DNA of 64,000 bases. Origin: an uncultured Pseudomonadales bacterium (GTDB lineage Bacteria; Patescibacteriota; Microgenomatia; UBA1400; PJMF01). The notes under the pieces are model-generated. The model was not told where the DNA came from. It searched no databases and worked only from the letters and a program-made list of their open reading frames with translations. Position 1 is the stretch's first letter; each line of letters begins with the position of its first letter. Made by a program: the position numbers and the translations under genes. Where the stretch lies: assembly GCA_964570365.1 (NCBI GenBank), contig CAZMXT010000001.1:9440-73439 (forward strand), written 5' to 3'. Shown piece by piece: positions 37,340 through 47,615 of this stretch.

Positions 37340-37972
37340 TTATTGAAACCAGCGTGCTCGACCTAACACGTAGTTTAGTTCGGCAACTTGTCGTTTGCCA
37401 ATTTCTTTGGCAGGAACTCCGCCCACAATGGTTAATGGTTCAACATCTTTAGTTACTACCGCTCCTGCACCTACCACAGCCCCTTTCCCAATTTTCACTC
37501 CCGGCAGAATAATCGCATTGGGTCCAATAAAAACATAGTCTTCAATAGTATTTTTGAGCTCAATCGGGCCAAAAGTCGGATCATGAATATCATGGTGAGA
37601 GTTAAAAATCATGGCACCAGTAGCAATATCGACGTGATTGCCAATAGTTAAAGTATCTCGACCATCCAAAACCACTCGCTCACCAATCAGAGTGTCTTCT
37701 CCAATAGAAATATTGCGGGGGTCATACACACGAGCTCGCATATGCAGAGTAGAATTTTTGCCAATCTTCATTCCAGCTAAACGGTAAAAAAAGCGGCGAA
37801 AGTGGTGAAAGGGCATTTCACCTACTCCCCACCAGAGAAAGCCAGTCACAAACTCTAACCAAATAGCGGCCAGTCGTCGCTCTAGCTTGCCCATTGCAGC
37901 TTCAGTTGTGAGGGTTGCACCGTACTTGTCTTTGAGTCCAATAGCCATATTTTCAGTATAGCAGAACTTCAT
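37340..37972 (-). CDS. Hexapeptide-repeat (left-handed beta-helix) O-acetyltransferase, WcaF/MAT-like
   Basis: Tandem [LIV]G-x4 hexapeptide repeats 'IGKGAVVGAGAVVTKDV...IVGGVPAK'. Confidence 0.8.
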   Translation of the reverse strand: MKFCYTENMAIGLKDKYGATLTTEAAMGKLERRLAAIWLEFVTGFLWWGVGEMPFHHFRRFFYRLAGMKIGKNSTLHMRARVYDPRNISIGEDTLIGERVVLDGRDTLTIGNHVDIATGAMIFNSHHDIHDPTFGPIELKNTIEDYVFIGPNAIILPGVKIGKGAVVGAGAVVTKDVEPLTIVGGVPAKEIGKRQVAELNYVLGRARWFQ

Positions 37973-38156
37973 AGTTTAATTGAAAAATGCTCTTTTACAA
38001 TAATTACTAGATCAATATCACTCCTTTTAGGATCGAAGTCTCTACATAATGGAGAACCAAAAAGATAGATACCCAGCAGCTCCTCATCAAGAATTTTAGT
38101 AACTCCGTTTTTTAGATCACTAAGAAGCTAGTTAATGTCTGCAAAGGGAGTGAGCT

Positions 38157-39173
38157 TCATAAAAAAAGTACGTCTTGCTCGGGCACTGGCAGACCCAAGT
38201 GCTGATAGGCTAATACAGAGATAACTCGTCCTTTGGGAGTGCGTTTAATAAAACCCATCTGGATCAAGTACGGCTCCAAGACTTCTTCGATGGTGCCAGG
38301 ATCTTCACTTAAAGTTGCTGCAATCGTAGTTAGGCCGACTGGTCCACCTTGGTGCTTTTCAATAATCAGTTGGAGGAAACGGCGATCTGCATCATCGAGA
38401 CCTGCATCATCAACTGCCATCAGTACGAGTGCTTGCTTGACGGTCTCCAGGTTAATCTTCCCCGCTGCTCTCACCTGAGTGAAATCTCTGACCCGCTTGA
38501 GCAGCTTTAGGGCAATGCGAGGCGTGCCTCGGGCACGCCGAGCAATCTCATGAGCGCTGGGTTGATCTAGCTCGAGTCCTAATTTTTCGGCAGCTTTAAA
38601 CAGAATTATCTCCAGCTGGGGCGCCTGATAGTACTGCATTCGATGAATCACTCCAAAGCGATCTCGAAATGGTCCAGTTAATGCCCCGAACCGAGTGGTG
38701 GCCCCAACCAAAGTAAATCTCGGCAAGTCTAGACGAATGGTCCTCGCCGATGGCCCCTTGCCAATTACAATGTCTAGTGCAAAGTCTTCCATGGCTGGAT
38801 AAAGAGTTTCTTCAACTGCACTGGGTAAGCGATGGATCTCGTCAATAAAAAGCACATCACCAGGCTGAAGGTTGGTCAGAATTGCCGCCAAGTCGCCAGT
38901 TTTCGCCAGCGCCGTACCCGAAGTCACTTTAATATTTGTACCCATCTCTTTGGCAATTAAGTGGGAGAGCGTCGTCTTTCCCAATCCTGGCGGTCCGTAC
39001 AACAGGACGTGATCAATCACGTCGCTTCGTTCTTTGGCAGCCTGAATCAAAATACGCAGTGATTCTTTGACATTCTCTTGACCATGAAACTCATTCCAAT
39101 TTGCAGCTCGTAGGGAACTAAAAAGTGCCTCTTCTTCGGGAGCATCTGGAGCAATGAAAGAAAAATCAGTCAT
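38157..39173 (-). CDS. ruvB: Holliday junction branch-migration ATPase RuvB
   Basis: '[18 protein letters not shown]' Walker A and an AAA+ RuvB-specific C-terminal winged helix. Confidence 0.97.
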   Translation of the reverse strand: MTDFSFIAPDAPEEEALFSSLRAANWNEFHGQENVKESLRILIQAAKERSDVIDHVLLYGPPGLGKTTLSHLIAKEMGTNIKVTSGTALAKTGDLAAILTNLQPGDVLFIDEIHRLPSAVEETLYPAMEDFALDIVIGKGPSARTIRLDLPRFTLVGATTRFGALTGPFRDRFGVIHRMQYYQAPQLEIILFKAAEKLGLELDQPSAHEIARRARGTPRIALKLLKRVRDFTQVRAAGKINLETVKQALVLMAVDDAGLDDADRRFLQLIIEKHQGGPVGLTTIAATLSEDPGTIEEVLEPYLIQMGFIKRTPKGRVISVLAYQHLGLPVPEQDVLFL

Positions 39174-39183
39174 ATATGGCTAT

Positions 39184-39753
39184 CTACTTCTTTCCTAGCT
39201 CTCGAATTGCAAGTGTGATCGCTTCAGAAATCGTCAACTTTTCGACCGGCACTTGGTTCATGACTTGGTGAATTGAGCTATCTGCAAACCCCAAACTTTG
39301 GAGGGCTTCAAAGACAGCTTGTCTATCTGGGGTAAGTGGTGTCAGGTCTAACTCTTTTAAGGCACCCAGTTGAGTCCGTAAATCAATAATAATTTTTTGC
39401 GCCAACTTCTTCCCTACTCTAGGTACGCTGGTGAAAAGAGCCGTATCTGCTTGCTGGACAGCTTCAATAATCTGACTGGTGGGGAAGTTTAAGATTCCCA
39501 ACGCTGTCTTTGGACCAATCCCAGAAACACTGAGTAAAAGCAAAAATAACTCTCGCTCTGATTTTTCTCGAAAGCCATACAGCTCTAGGGCTTCTTCTTT
39601 AACATGGGTGTAAATATACAACTCCACCTCAGACAGCTCTAGTAAACTGCTGAGGGTCTTGGCAGTCGCCCGCACCCCATACCCAACTCCATGCGTCAGA
39701 ATAGTGACGGAGTCTTTTTCTAAAAGTGGTTTTCCAATTAAGTAAGAAATCAT
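39184..39753 (-). CDS. ruvA: Holliday junction DNA-binding protein RuvA. The likely start is the ATG at 39753 (the track ORF runs to 39780)
   Basis: 'MISYLIGKP...' OB-fold N-terminus and HhH motifs 'GIGPKTALGIL'. Confidence 0.9.
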   Translation of the reverse strand: MISYLIGKPLLEKDSVTILTHGVGYGVRATAKTLSSLLELSEVELYIYTHVKEEALELYGFREKSERELFLLLLSVSGIGPKTALGILNFPTSQIIEAVQQADTALFTSVPRVGKKLAQKIIIDLRTQLGALKELDLTPLTPDRQAVFEALQSLGFADSSIHQVMNQVPVEKLTISEAITLAIRELGKK

Positions 39754-39824
39754 ATTTTTACTATACACAAATCCGTACAAAAGGCAAAACCCGAACTCTA
39801 GTCTTTTTGGCGTAAGTAGCTGAT

Positions 39825-40367
39825 TTACTTACTACTCGTTTCGGTCTGTTTCCACAATTTTGGTCTTAGAGCGGTGTGAGCGATCGCAATGGCGATCGCA
39901 TCTAGAGTATCGTCTAGCTGAGAACTGACTTTCTGCTTGAGTTCAGCACTCAGTCGCAGCTGAAGTAAGACCATTTGCTGAATCGCTCTCTTATCTGCTC
40001 GTCCATTTCCCGTCACCGCCACTTTAATTTGATTTGGGGTGTACTCAAAAAACTTGACTTTATTTTGGAAAAGGGCAGTCATAATCACGCCGCGGGCCTC
40101 GCTGACTGGCAAGGCGGTGCTGACATTCTTGGAGAAAAAAAGTGACTCTACAGCAGCCTCTGTTGGAAGAAACTTGGCAACGATGCCTCCCAGTTGTTCA
40201 TAAATTTGTTGGTAACGCGCAACTTTGGTCAGTTTTTTGTCAGTCAAGATACAGCCACAATCTACCAGCATCAGCTGATTTCCAGCTACTTGACCGACAG
40301 ACCAACCAATCCGGTCATAGCCAGGATCAATTCCTAATATAGTAACGTCACTAGGAGGACTTATCAC
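39825..40367 (-). CDS. ruvC: Crossover junction endodeoxyribonuclease RuvC
   Basis: 'ILGIDPGYDRIGWSV' RNase-H-like catalytic N-terminus. 180 aa. Confidence 0.9.
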   Translation of the reverse strand: MISPPSDVTILGIDPGYDRIGWSVGQVAGNQLMLVDCGCILTDKKLTKVARYQQIYEQLGGIVAKFLPTEAAVESLFFSKNVSTALPVSEARGVIMTALFQNKVKFFEYTPNQIKVAVTGNGRADKRAIQQMVLLQLRLSAELKQKVSSQLDDTLDAIAIAIAHTALRPKLWKQTETSSK

Positions 40368-41541
40368 GTTTAGCCACCTTTTCTAGCGTTTCCAATACGA
40401 CTTTGGCTGACTCAGCCCAACTAAAATTCTCTACTTGCTCCCGACCTAAGCGAAGAAACTGCGCTCTCTCTTTTGCTGGTAGACCAATAATCTCTTTGAG
40501 TTTCTTCACAATTGCGGTCACATTACCAGGATCAACTTGAAACCCAGCTTTCTCCACGACTTCAGGCAAGCTGGTAGTGGCCGAAACTAGGGGGACTGTG
40601 CCAAAAGCCATTGCTTCCAAAGCCGGAATGCCAAACCCTTCATAAAAACCAATCAGCACTGATGTGATTGAGTTACGATACAAGACTTCTTTCTCAGCTT
40701 CGGTGACGTAACCGGTCAAAATAATTCGCTTAGTGAAGCGAGAGTTCTTGATTTTTTCCAGTAACGGCTCCGCTAACCACCCTACTTTCCCAGCTATAAC
40801 CAACTGGAGTTGGGCTGGGTTCCTATCGGGATGACAATCAGACACTACTTTTTCAAAAGCCTCTACTAAATTGAGCAGATTTTTGCGCGGCTGCAGAGTT
40901 CCAACATACAAAATGTATTGATCAAAAATCTTAAACTTGGACAGAACTCTGCTCGACTGATCTTTGATTTCTGAGGGTTTCGCAGAAAGCAGGGCCGGGT
41001 AGGCCACCACAATGTCTTTTTTATCTCTCCCATATCTTTTGACAATGTCTGCCTTAGTAAACTGGCTAATTGCAACAAGCTTGGCAGCATGTTTCACACT
41101 GTATCTAGTCCATTCTCTGAGTTGCAGATAATCTTTGCGCTTAAACTGGTTTGGATACTCTAAAAAACTCAGGTCCATGACCGAGGAAACGTACGGAATG
41201 GTACTCACTCTGGGCCCATAATGACCTGGTGTGAAAAAGACATCATAGTCCTGTCGGTGGAGAAAAAGATGGATGGGTAGACCAATCTGTGTCCAGAGAG
41301 GACCTGGCTGAACGACTTGATAGCTCCAGCCCTGGCGCTTGGCCGGCAGATCTGCTTGAGGGGGCTGGGCAAGCAAGATTGTGCAGTTGATGTTTCCACG
41401 CTGCTCAGTGAGCTTCTCGAGCGCAATGAGCAGCTCATAGGCGTAGGCGTTGCTCCCCACGCGTTGGCTGATATTAGCTTCATTGCCATCGATGGCAATA
41501 CGGAGGGTTGGCGAAGATGACATCTCTTTATTGTAGGACAA
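40351..41541 (-). CDS. GT4-family glycosyltransferase
   Basis: 'YEGFGIPALEAMAFGTVPLVS' motif. Confidence 0.85.
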   Translation of the reverse strand: MSYNKEMSSSPTLRIAIDGNEANISQRVGSNAYAYELLIALEKLTEQRGNINCTILLAQPPQADLPAKRQGWSYQVVQPGPLWTQIGLPIHLFLHRQDYDVFFTPGHYGPRVSTIPYVSSVMDLSFLEYPNQFKRKDYLQLREWTRYSVKHAAKLVAISQFTKADIVKRYGRDKKDIVVAYPALLSAKPSEIKDQSSRVLSKFKIFDQYILYVGTLQPRKNLLNLVEAFEKVVSDCHPDRNPAQLQLVIAGKVGWLAEPLLEKIKNSRFTKRIILTGYVTEAEKEVLYRNSITSVLIGFYEGFGIPALEAMAFGTVPLVSATTSLPEVVEKAGFQVDPGNVTAIVKKLKEIIGLPAKERAQFLRLGREQVENFSWAESAKVVLETLEKVAKRDKSS

Positions 41542-41913
41542 AAATGCAGAAGAAGCTGAGCGGAGTTTTATGAAAAGTGAAGCTGAATGAGTATTGACTA
41601 TGTACCAGCGAAGCAGATAATCGGGCGTTGTCCAAAGTATGAGAGAAGGAAAGAATGACTGAAAAAGACCCGAAATCCCAACGCACTCATGAAATAAAAA
41701 AGATCATTCGAAGTCCATTCACTGGAAGCTTGCTTGAAGGTGTAAGCGTTGTTTGAATGCTAACTAACCCAGAACAGCTAGCACTTTTTGGACTTCTTTT
41801 TGCTATTGCAGGCGGAGCCAATCTGCTTGTAGCAGCAAGAAGAGAGGGGCAGAAAAATCCCTAAACTTCCACGAGCTGAGTAATACGATCCCAACCCTAC
41901 AGCACGAGGTCAG

Positions 41914-43080
41914 CTACGCGTGTGACTCAATTGCTCGCTGATATACCTTCACCGTCTCTTCAGCAACTCGATCCCAGCTAAACTGGTGCAATCGAATAAT
42001 CATTTTTTGAAGTCGTTGTCGTTGCTGCTCTGGCGTTTCTCCTAGGACCTTCTCAATTCCTTTACGAATGCTTTCCACTGACTGCGGATCAATCAACTCG
42101 GCCGCATTCCCTGCCACCTCTGGCATCGAAGAAATGTCTGACGTCAAAACTGGCGTTCCATGATGAAAGGCTTCCAAAATTGGCAAACCAAAACCTTCGT
42201 AGATGCTTGGGTAGGCAAAAAGCTCTGCTTCGCCGTATAACACGGCTAGCTCAACGTCACTTACTTTACCTAAGAATCTCAAGTTCTTATGATTCACTGT
42301 TTTGGCCAGTCCATCACTCTCGTCCCAGCCACTTTCACCCGCAATAACTAGCTGAAAATCCTTTGCCAACGGTATCCAAGCCTCAATCAATCTCTTTAAG
42401 TTTTTACGTGGCTCTCTAGTTCCCACAAACAAAATGTAGGGCTGATCTAAGTGCAGCTTCTGCCTAAGCTGCTCATACTCTTCTTCAGTGACGTTCTTAC
42501 TGCTCTGAATTGTCTCGATGGGTAAGCTTTCATAAATAACGTGCACTCGATGGCTGGGAATCTCCAGGAGCTTGACGATATCTTGCTTGGTCGCCTGACT
42601 GACCGCTATGATCTGGGCTTCTCGCTCCTTCAGCACCTTCCACGCTTGTTGGTGCATCTTCAGAATTTTGGGATGTGCAGTCTCAGGGAACTTTAAGATT
42701 GCCAGGTCATGAATCGTGGAGACGAGTGGTAGCTCCCGATCTGGTGGCTGGAGCCAGTCCCAGGAGTGAAAAACGTCTAGTTTAGGAAACAAACGCTTCA
42801 CTGGATTGAGATGCAACTTGTTCCACAGGATTTCTTGCAATCGAGGTGGGTAGGGCTGAATCACCGAACTTACATTGGCCCGAGTACGCTGGGCAGAAAT
42901 TCGCTTGACAAAGTTCTCTAGCTCCGCCTGCTGTCGCAGGCTTGATCCATACAGAGCCAGTGATAACTCAGCACGCTGAGTTAAGGCAGTCACCAGGTTG
43001 GCCGTGTACCGCGAAACTCCTCGCCCATAAATAATAGAAGTGATATCAATTCCGAGTTGCATAAATGTCTGGCCGAGCAT
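41914..43080 (-). CDS. GT4-family glycosyltransferase. The start is ambiguous: the track ORF runs to 43149, with alternative ATGs at 43080 and 43062
   Basis: 'YEGFGLPILEAFHHGTPVLTS' motif. The first 23 codons of the ORF overlap the upstream gene without homology. Confidence 0.8.
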   Translation of the reverse strand: MLGQTFMQLGIDITSIIYGRGVSRYTANLVTALTQRAELSLALYGSSLRQQAELENFVKRISAQRTRANVSSVIQPYPPRLQEILWNKLHLNPVKRLFPKLDVFHSWDWLQPPDRELPLVSTIHDLAILKFPETAHPKILKMHQQAWKVLKEREAQIIAVSQATKQDIVKLLEIPSHRVHVIYESLPIETIQSSKNVTEEEYEQLRQKLHLDQPYILFVGTREPRKNLKRLIEAWIPLAKDFQLVIAGESGWDESDGLAKTVNHKNLRFLGKVSDVELAVLYGEAELFAYPSIYEGFGLPILEAFHHGTPVLTSDISSMPEVAGNAAELIDPQSVESIRKGIEKVLGETPEQQRQRLQKMIIRLHQFSWDRVAEETVKVYQRAIESHA

Positions 43081-44593
43081 ACACACGTACCACTCCAATT
43101 GGCGTGGACGGCGTAATTCTGTCCACCTCACGATACCCGTATCGCTCAATTTCGGAAAGTAAGAGATTCTGGGAGTCAGTTAAATCCCGCAGATACTCAA
43201 ACGCTAGGACGTATTGATAATTGGAGATCTCTTTGAGATTCGTGAGCTGTTCAGCTGAGTTAATACTTATTACTCCACTGGCCAGAGACGGAAAATTATC
43301 CGTGTTGTACCAAACCCAACTGGCAAATGGCGCGGTAAACGCAAATACCGCTACTGATTCTTCGGCATTGTATTGTTGGGTGATTTCAGCATGTAGACTC
43401 CGCCAATCTTCGCGGTGGTACTTTGGCTGTATGTAGTAGGAGAAAGTGGAAAAAATATTAATAAATAGGATCAATACCACAAAGCTGCCGGCAATGTACC
43501 GAGAGAGCTGGTGCTTCTTGCCCAACTCAAATCCAGAAAGGATGAGCGCGCTTAAGATTAAGTAAAAGGCTGGCAAACTAAACAAAACTCTTTTGGGTTG
43601 GAGCACTGGTACAAAAAAAGAAGCTAGCCAGGCAGTTAAGATTGGTACTACCAACCAACAGAATCCCATTCCGTACTGACTCCAGAGTTCGCTTGATCTG
43701 GTTTTTTTGACACTAAAGTAAATGAGAGTTCCTAGTAGGGCTATGAAAAGACCAGATAGAAGAAAATATCCAACACTGGGTTCCAAATCCAGCACTCCAA
43801 AAATAAACTTTCCGGCGGTGAGCGGCAAAGATCTGAGTTGGGAAAAACTCACTACATTTTCCCAGCCACTCAGCTGCACCCTCAGCAACTGCCCGGCTCG
43901 AAGTTGAGCCAAAAATAGTGGTATCCAGGGCAAGAAAAAAATGCAACTTGCCAGGCTTGAAAGAAGAATTGGTCGCCGGAATTGCTGACGAAATGCTACC
44001 GCATAGACCAACTGACCTGCCAGTACAAATGGATAAAGGTAGGAAGAGTACAGACCCATCGTCGTATCAAAAATAAAGACTAACCACCAAAACTGTGGTC
44101 TAGAGAAAATTGAGTTCCCCCTGCTCTTGCTACTCAGTCTTTCCAGATAGACCAAATTAAACCAGCTCAAGGTTGCCCACATCAACGGTAATGCATAGGG
44201 TCGCAGTTCTTGGGAGTAGAAAATATGAAAAGATGAAGTTGCTAAGAAAAGACCAGTCAGCAACCCTGCTTTCCGACTAATTTTCCAGGAAGCAATGTAG
44301 TAGGTCGCCGCAATACTAATTAACGCTGGAATGAGCGCAGCCCCAGTGCGCAGCCAAGCTTCACTTCGGGAGACACGTAGCAAAAGGTGGACTAAGAGAT
44401 GAATCTGCGGGGGCTGAAAGTCAGGCACAATTTGCAACTGCTCTGCCCACGGTCGAGAGCTTTCCAAAGCTTGGGCTGCTTCATCCAACCACAACGAGCC
44501 ACTGAGTAAAGGCAACCGTAGAACCACTGCCAACAGCAGAATCAAGAGAATTGGCCAAAAGCGCAGAATCAGTGCTTTCATGAAGATACTCAT
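43046..44593 (-). CDS. GT-C fold membrane glycosyltransferase, ArnT/PMT-like
   Basis: Polytopic 515-aa protein with first-loop 'LWLDEAAQ' (DE motif typical of the GT-C ArnT/PMT family). Confidence 0.55.
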   Translation of the reverse strand: MSIFMKALILRFWPILLILLLAVVLRLPLLSGSLWLDEAAQALESSRPWAEQLQIVPDFQPPQIHLLVHLLLRVSRSEAWLRTGAALIPALISIAATYYIASWKISRKAGLLTGLFLATSSFHIFYSQELRPYALPLMWATLSWFNLVYLERLSSKSRGNSIFSRPQFWWLVFIFDTTMGLYSSYLYPFVLAGQLVYAVAFRQQFRRPILLSSLASCIFFLPWIPLFLAQLRAGQLLRVQLSGWENVVSFSQLRSLPLTAGKFIFGVLDLEPSVGYFLLSGLFIALLGTLIYFSVKKTRSSELWSQYGMGFCWLVVPILTAWLASFFVPVLQPKRVLFSLPAFYLILSALILSGFELGKKHQLSRYIAGSFVVLILFINIFSTFSYYIQPKYHREDWRSLHAEITQQYNAEESVAVFAFTAPFASWVWYNTDNFPSLASGVISINSAEQLTNLKEISNYQYVLAFEYLRDLTDSQNLLLSEIERYGYREVDRITPSTPIGVVRVYARPDIYATRN

Positions 44594-44622
44594 TATCGCG
44601 TGTTTTGGGTAAAGTTGCTAGA

Positions 44623-45279
44623 ATGAGGTCAGTGCCTACTTCACCCCCTCGTCTCATTATTTTCGACTTTGACGGTACGCTAGTGGATAGCCTGCAAGCT
44701 GGCTTTCAACTTTTACAAAAACTGCAAGAGCAATACAAGTTTCGCAAAATCAACACTTTTAAGGATTACCAGGACTTGAATAAGTTATCTCTACCTCGCA
44801 TTTTTCTAAAACTCAGGATTTCTCCCTTTACCCTTTTTCGGCTGTTAGTCACTGACTATAAAATGGGGATTGAGATGCTGCGAGACTGCCATCCATACCA
44901 TGGAGTAGAAGAAAGCGTTACTCAACTGGCTAAAAATCATACTCTAGCAATTGTGACTTCTAACATTGGTAAGGCTGTTGAGTCATATCTAGAAGAGAGA
45001 AACTTACGCCATCACTTTGGTCTAGTTCTTGGTGCAGAACACAATCGCGAAAAGGTTCCTAAGATTCATAAATGTCTAGAACATTTCGAAGTGGAAGCAC
45101 ATGAAGCAGTTTTCATTGGCGACTCAGTTCGAGATATTCGAGACTCCAAAAAAGTTCCAATTCGCTCAATCGCCGTCACTTACGGAATTCATTCTGAGTA
45201 TGAATTAAAGAAGGAGAAGCCCAACCTCATCGTAGAAACAGCTCTAAAAATTCCAGCTGCGATTCTCCAATTGGCCTAG
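44623..45279 (+). CDS. HAD-superfamily hydrolase (phosphatase, subfamily IA). The track ORF starts at a TTG at 44605
   Basis: 'LIIFDFDGTLVDS' motif I, plus downstream motif II/III residues 'VFIGDSVRDI'. Confidence 0.8.
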   Translation: MRSVPTSPPRLIIFDFDGTLVDSLQAGFQLLQKLQEQYKFRKINTFKDYQDLNKLSLPRIFLKLRISPFTLFRLLVTDYKMGIEMLRDCHPYHGVEESVTQLAKNHTLAIVTSNIGKAVESYLEERNLRHHFGLVLGAEHNREKVPKIHKCLEHFEVEAHEAVFIGDSVRDIRDSKKVPIRSIAVTYGIHSEYELKKEKPNLIVETALKIPAAILQLA

Positions 45280-45291
45280 TATACTGTTCAG

Positions 45292-46326
45292 ATGACTAAT
45301 CGCCCTTTCTATCAAAATAAAACAGTCATGGTGACCGGTGGGGCAGGCTTTATCGGTTCCCATCTCTGTGAAGAACTACTCGATTCAGGGGCAAAGGTCA
45401 TCGCGGTTGATAATTTTCTCACTGGCTCTCAGGAAAATATTCAGCATCTTCAAAAACAATTTCCTGATCGCTTTTCGCTCATCGTTGCTGACGTCAGCAT
45501 GCCCGTCTCAGAGTACTTACCTGCGGAAGTACAGCTTGATGCTGTTTTCCACTTTGCTTCACCTGCTAGCCCACCCTACTATCAAGCTCATCCAGTTGAA
45601 ACATATTTGGTGAACAGTTTGGGAACTCATCAGCTACTACAACATCTGTTAGCCTATTCACCGCGGACGCGCTTCCTCTTTGCCAGCACCTCAGAAGTCT
45701 ACGGTGACCCTCAAGAACATCCTCAAAAAGAAAGTTATTGGGGAAACGTCAACCCAAATGGTCCCCGCTCATGCTATGACGAAGCCAAACGACTCGGTGA
45801 AGCAATCTGTGGCGTACACGCCCGAGATTTTAAGATGGATGTGCGCATAGTACGAATCTTCAATACCTACGGACCACGGATGGACCTGGATGATGGGAGG
45901 GTTATCCCTGACTTTATTAAGCAAAGTTTGCATCGCCAACCCTTCACTATTCACGGCGATGGATCTCAAACTCGTTCGTATTGTTATGTGAGCGACCTAG
46001 TCAATGGCGTACTCACTTTTGCAGAGAAAGATGAGTTGAGCGGAGAAACCTTTAATTTAGGCAATCCAGATGAGTACACGATTATGGAGACAGCGCAGAG
46101 TGTGGTAAAAGCTACTACCAGTATTCTGAACAGGGAAGAAAATAAAGTTGATGCCTCTCCGCAAATGCAGTTCAAAGAACTTCCGCAGGACGACCCACTG
46201 CGCAGGAAACCAGACATCTCTAAAGCTATGCAGCTACTTAATTGGCAGCCTCAGGTATCTTTTGAAGAAGGCTTGAAAAAAACAATAGTATTTTTCCATA
46301 ATCAACAGAAATCTTCTTTAACATAG
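45292..46326 (+). CDS. NAD-dependent nucleotide-sugar epimerase/dehydratase (extended SDR), UDP-glucuronate decarboxylase (UXS)-like
   Basis: 'VMVTGGAGFIGSHLCEELL' Rossmann motif and 'YDEAKRLGE' catalytic YxxxK region typical of the UXS/ArnA decarboxylase clade. Confidence 0.7.
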   Translation: MTNRPFYQNKTVMVTGGAGFIGSHLCEELLDSGAKVIAVDNFLTGSQENIQHLQKQFPDRFSLIVADVSMPVSEYLPAEVQLDAVFHFASPASPPYYQAHPVETYLVNSLGTHQLLQHLLAYSPRTRFLFASTSEVYGDPQEHPQKESYWGNVNPNGPRSCYDEAKRLGEAICGVHARDFKMDVRIVRIFNTYGPRMDLDDGRVIPDFIKQSLHRQPFTIHGDGSQTRSYCYVSDLVNGVLTFAEKDELSGETFNLGNPDEYTIMETAQSVVKATTSILNREENKVDASPQMQFKELPQDDPLRRKPDISKAMQLLNWQPQVSFEEGLKKTIVFFHNQQKSSLT

Positions 46327-46337
46327 GCTTTGCTTCT

Positions 46338-47615
46338 ATGCTAAAAAAAGTTTGGCAGAACGCTTTTTTCCAAGGGAGTATTTTAATTACCATTACCACC
46401 TTTTTGGTTAGCTTCCTCAATTATGTCTTTAACTTATTAATTGCCCGAGGCGTCACTTTAGAGACATACGGTGAATACTTTTCCTCTTTATCCTACGCAA
46501 CTTTACTCACAATTCCTTTTGGTGCATTTGGCACGATCTTAATTAAAAAAATTGGCGCTCTAGACCCAGAGAAACGTCATGAGTATGCTCACAGCATAGA
46601 GTACTGGCTCTATGAAAAAATGCTGAAGTTATCCCCGGTCATTTTACTAGCAGGTGCCGCGATCTATTTCTTACTTGGAGAATCGGCAAATCTACAGAGT
46701 GCTAGCATACTTTTTATACTTGCTCTCACTTTATTTTCTCTAATGCAAACCTTTTATTCTGCTACGTTCCACGGCTTTCAAGCTTTTTTTCTTTTTGGGG
46801 TGTTAATGGTTTCTGGCTCACTGCTCAAAGTTCTTGGCGGAATAGCGATTACACTTCTTCGCTCTGAACTGATATTTCTTTACCTCGTCATCTCTCTCAC
46901 TGCTCTGTTCCAGTTAATTGTGGGGCACTTCTTGATTAAGCATAAGTCAACCAAGTCCCGTCAACAGCTTCGTTTTCCCAAGCTCCACACCTATTTCCTT
47001 CGTAAAGAAGTACTAATTCCTTTAATTACTACCTTGGGTTTTGTCGGAATAGCCAACATGGATATCATCTTGGTTAAGAAATTTTTGAGTGGAAGCGATG
47101 CTGGTCTCTACAGTGCCCTCACGCTCTTATCCAAAATTATTTTTTTCTTGGCCGCTCCGATTGCTTCTGTAGGTTACATCTTTTTTACTGGCAAAGAACA
47201 TAAGCACAAGGCGGACCTGCTTCTGTTAACGATCTCAGGCTTGATTAGTCTCTTTGGCTTGGCAGCGATAGTTTTTTATCATCTTTTTTCTGAATTTGTG
47301 ATTCACTTTTTCTTTGACCAGCGGTACGACTCGTTGCAAGGGATCCTATGGCTAGGTGGAGTCTATGGCTTACTCTACTCTTTGATTCTACTGTATTCAC
47401 AATACTTTATGGCCAAAAACTCGATCATCAGCACTTTTACCTTTGCAACATTGCTTTTACAAATGGTTCTCTTGACTTTCTCCCATCAATCGCTTACACA
47501 AGTAATGACAATAAATGTGGGAGTGATGACGGTCCTGTTAGCAGCGTACTTCCTTTCTTTTTGTTATTATTTTTATCAGAACCGGACAACCCATGAGTCC
47601 TCAACCTCTCAATAA
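46338..47615 (+). CDS. Polysaccharide biosynthesis flippase, Wzx/MOP-superfamily-like
   Basis: 425 aa with about 12 TM helices. The N-terminal 'ILITITTFLVSFLNYVFNLLIARGVTLETYGEY' pattern is typical of the Wzx/RfbX family. Confidence 0.65.
   Translation: MLKKVWQNAFFQGSILITITTFLVSFLNYVFNLLIARGVTLETYGEYFSSLSYATLLTIPFGAFGTILIKKIGALDPEKRHEYAHSIEYWLYEKMLKLSPVILLAGAAIYFLLGESANLQSASILFILALTLFSLMQTFYSATFHGFQAFFLFGVLMVSGSLLKVLGGIAITLLRSELIFLYLVISLTALFQLIVGHFLIKHKSTKSRQQLRFPKLHTYFLRKEVLIPLITTLGFVGIANMDIILVKKFLSGSDAGLYSALTLLSKIIFFLAAPIASVGYIFFTGKEHKHKADLLLLTISGLISLFGLAAIVFYHLFSEFVIHFFFDQRYDSLQGILWLGGVYGLLYSLILLYSQYFMAKNSIISTFTFATLLLQMVLLTFSHQSLTQVMTINVGVMTVLLAAYFLSFCYYFYQNRTTHESSTSQ

Noticed and set aside
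43046-43149. 104-bp apparent overlap between the GT-C gene and the downstream GT4 gene; considered a programmed frameshift or fusion
   Set aside because: It is explained more simply by the GT4 gene starting at an internal ATG (43080 or 43062). The overlapping N-terminal extension has no homology.
44605-44622. TTG-initiated 5' extensions in track ORFs (also 51192-51284, 54244-54285, 6507-6587, 18056-18121)
   Set aside because: Downstream ATGs with better N-terminal homology and SD-like sequences exist, so the starts were trimmed. The extensions overlap upstream genes.
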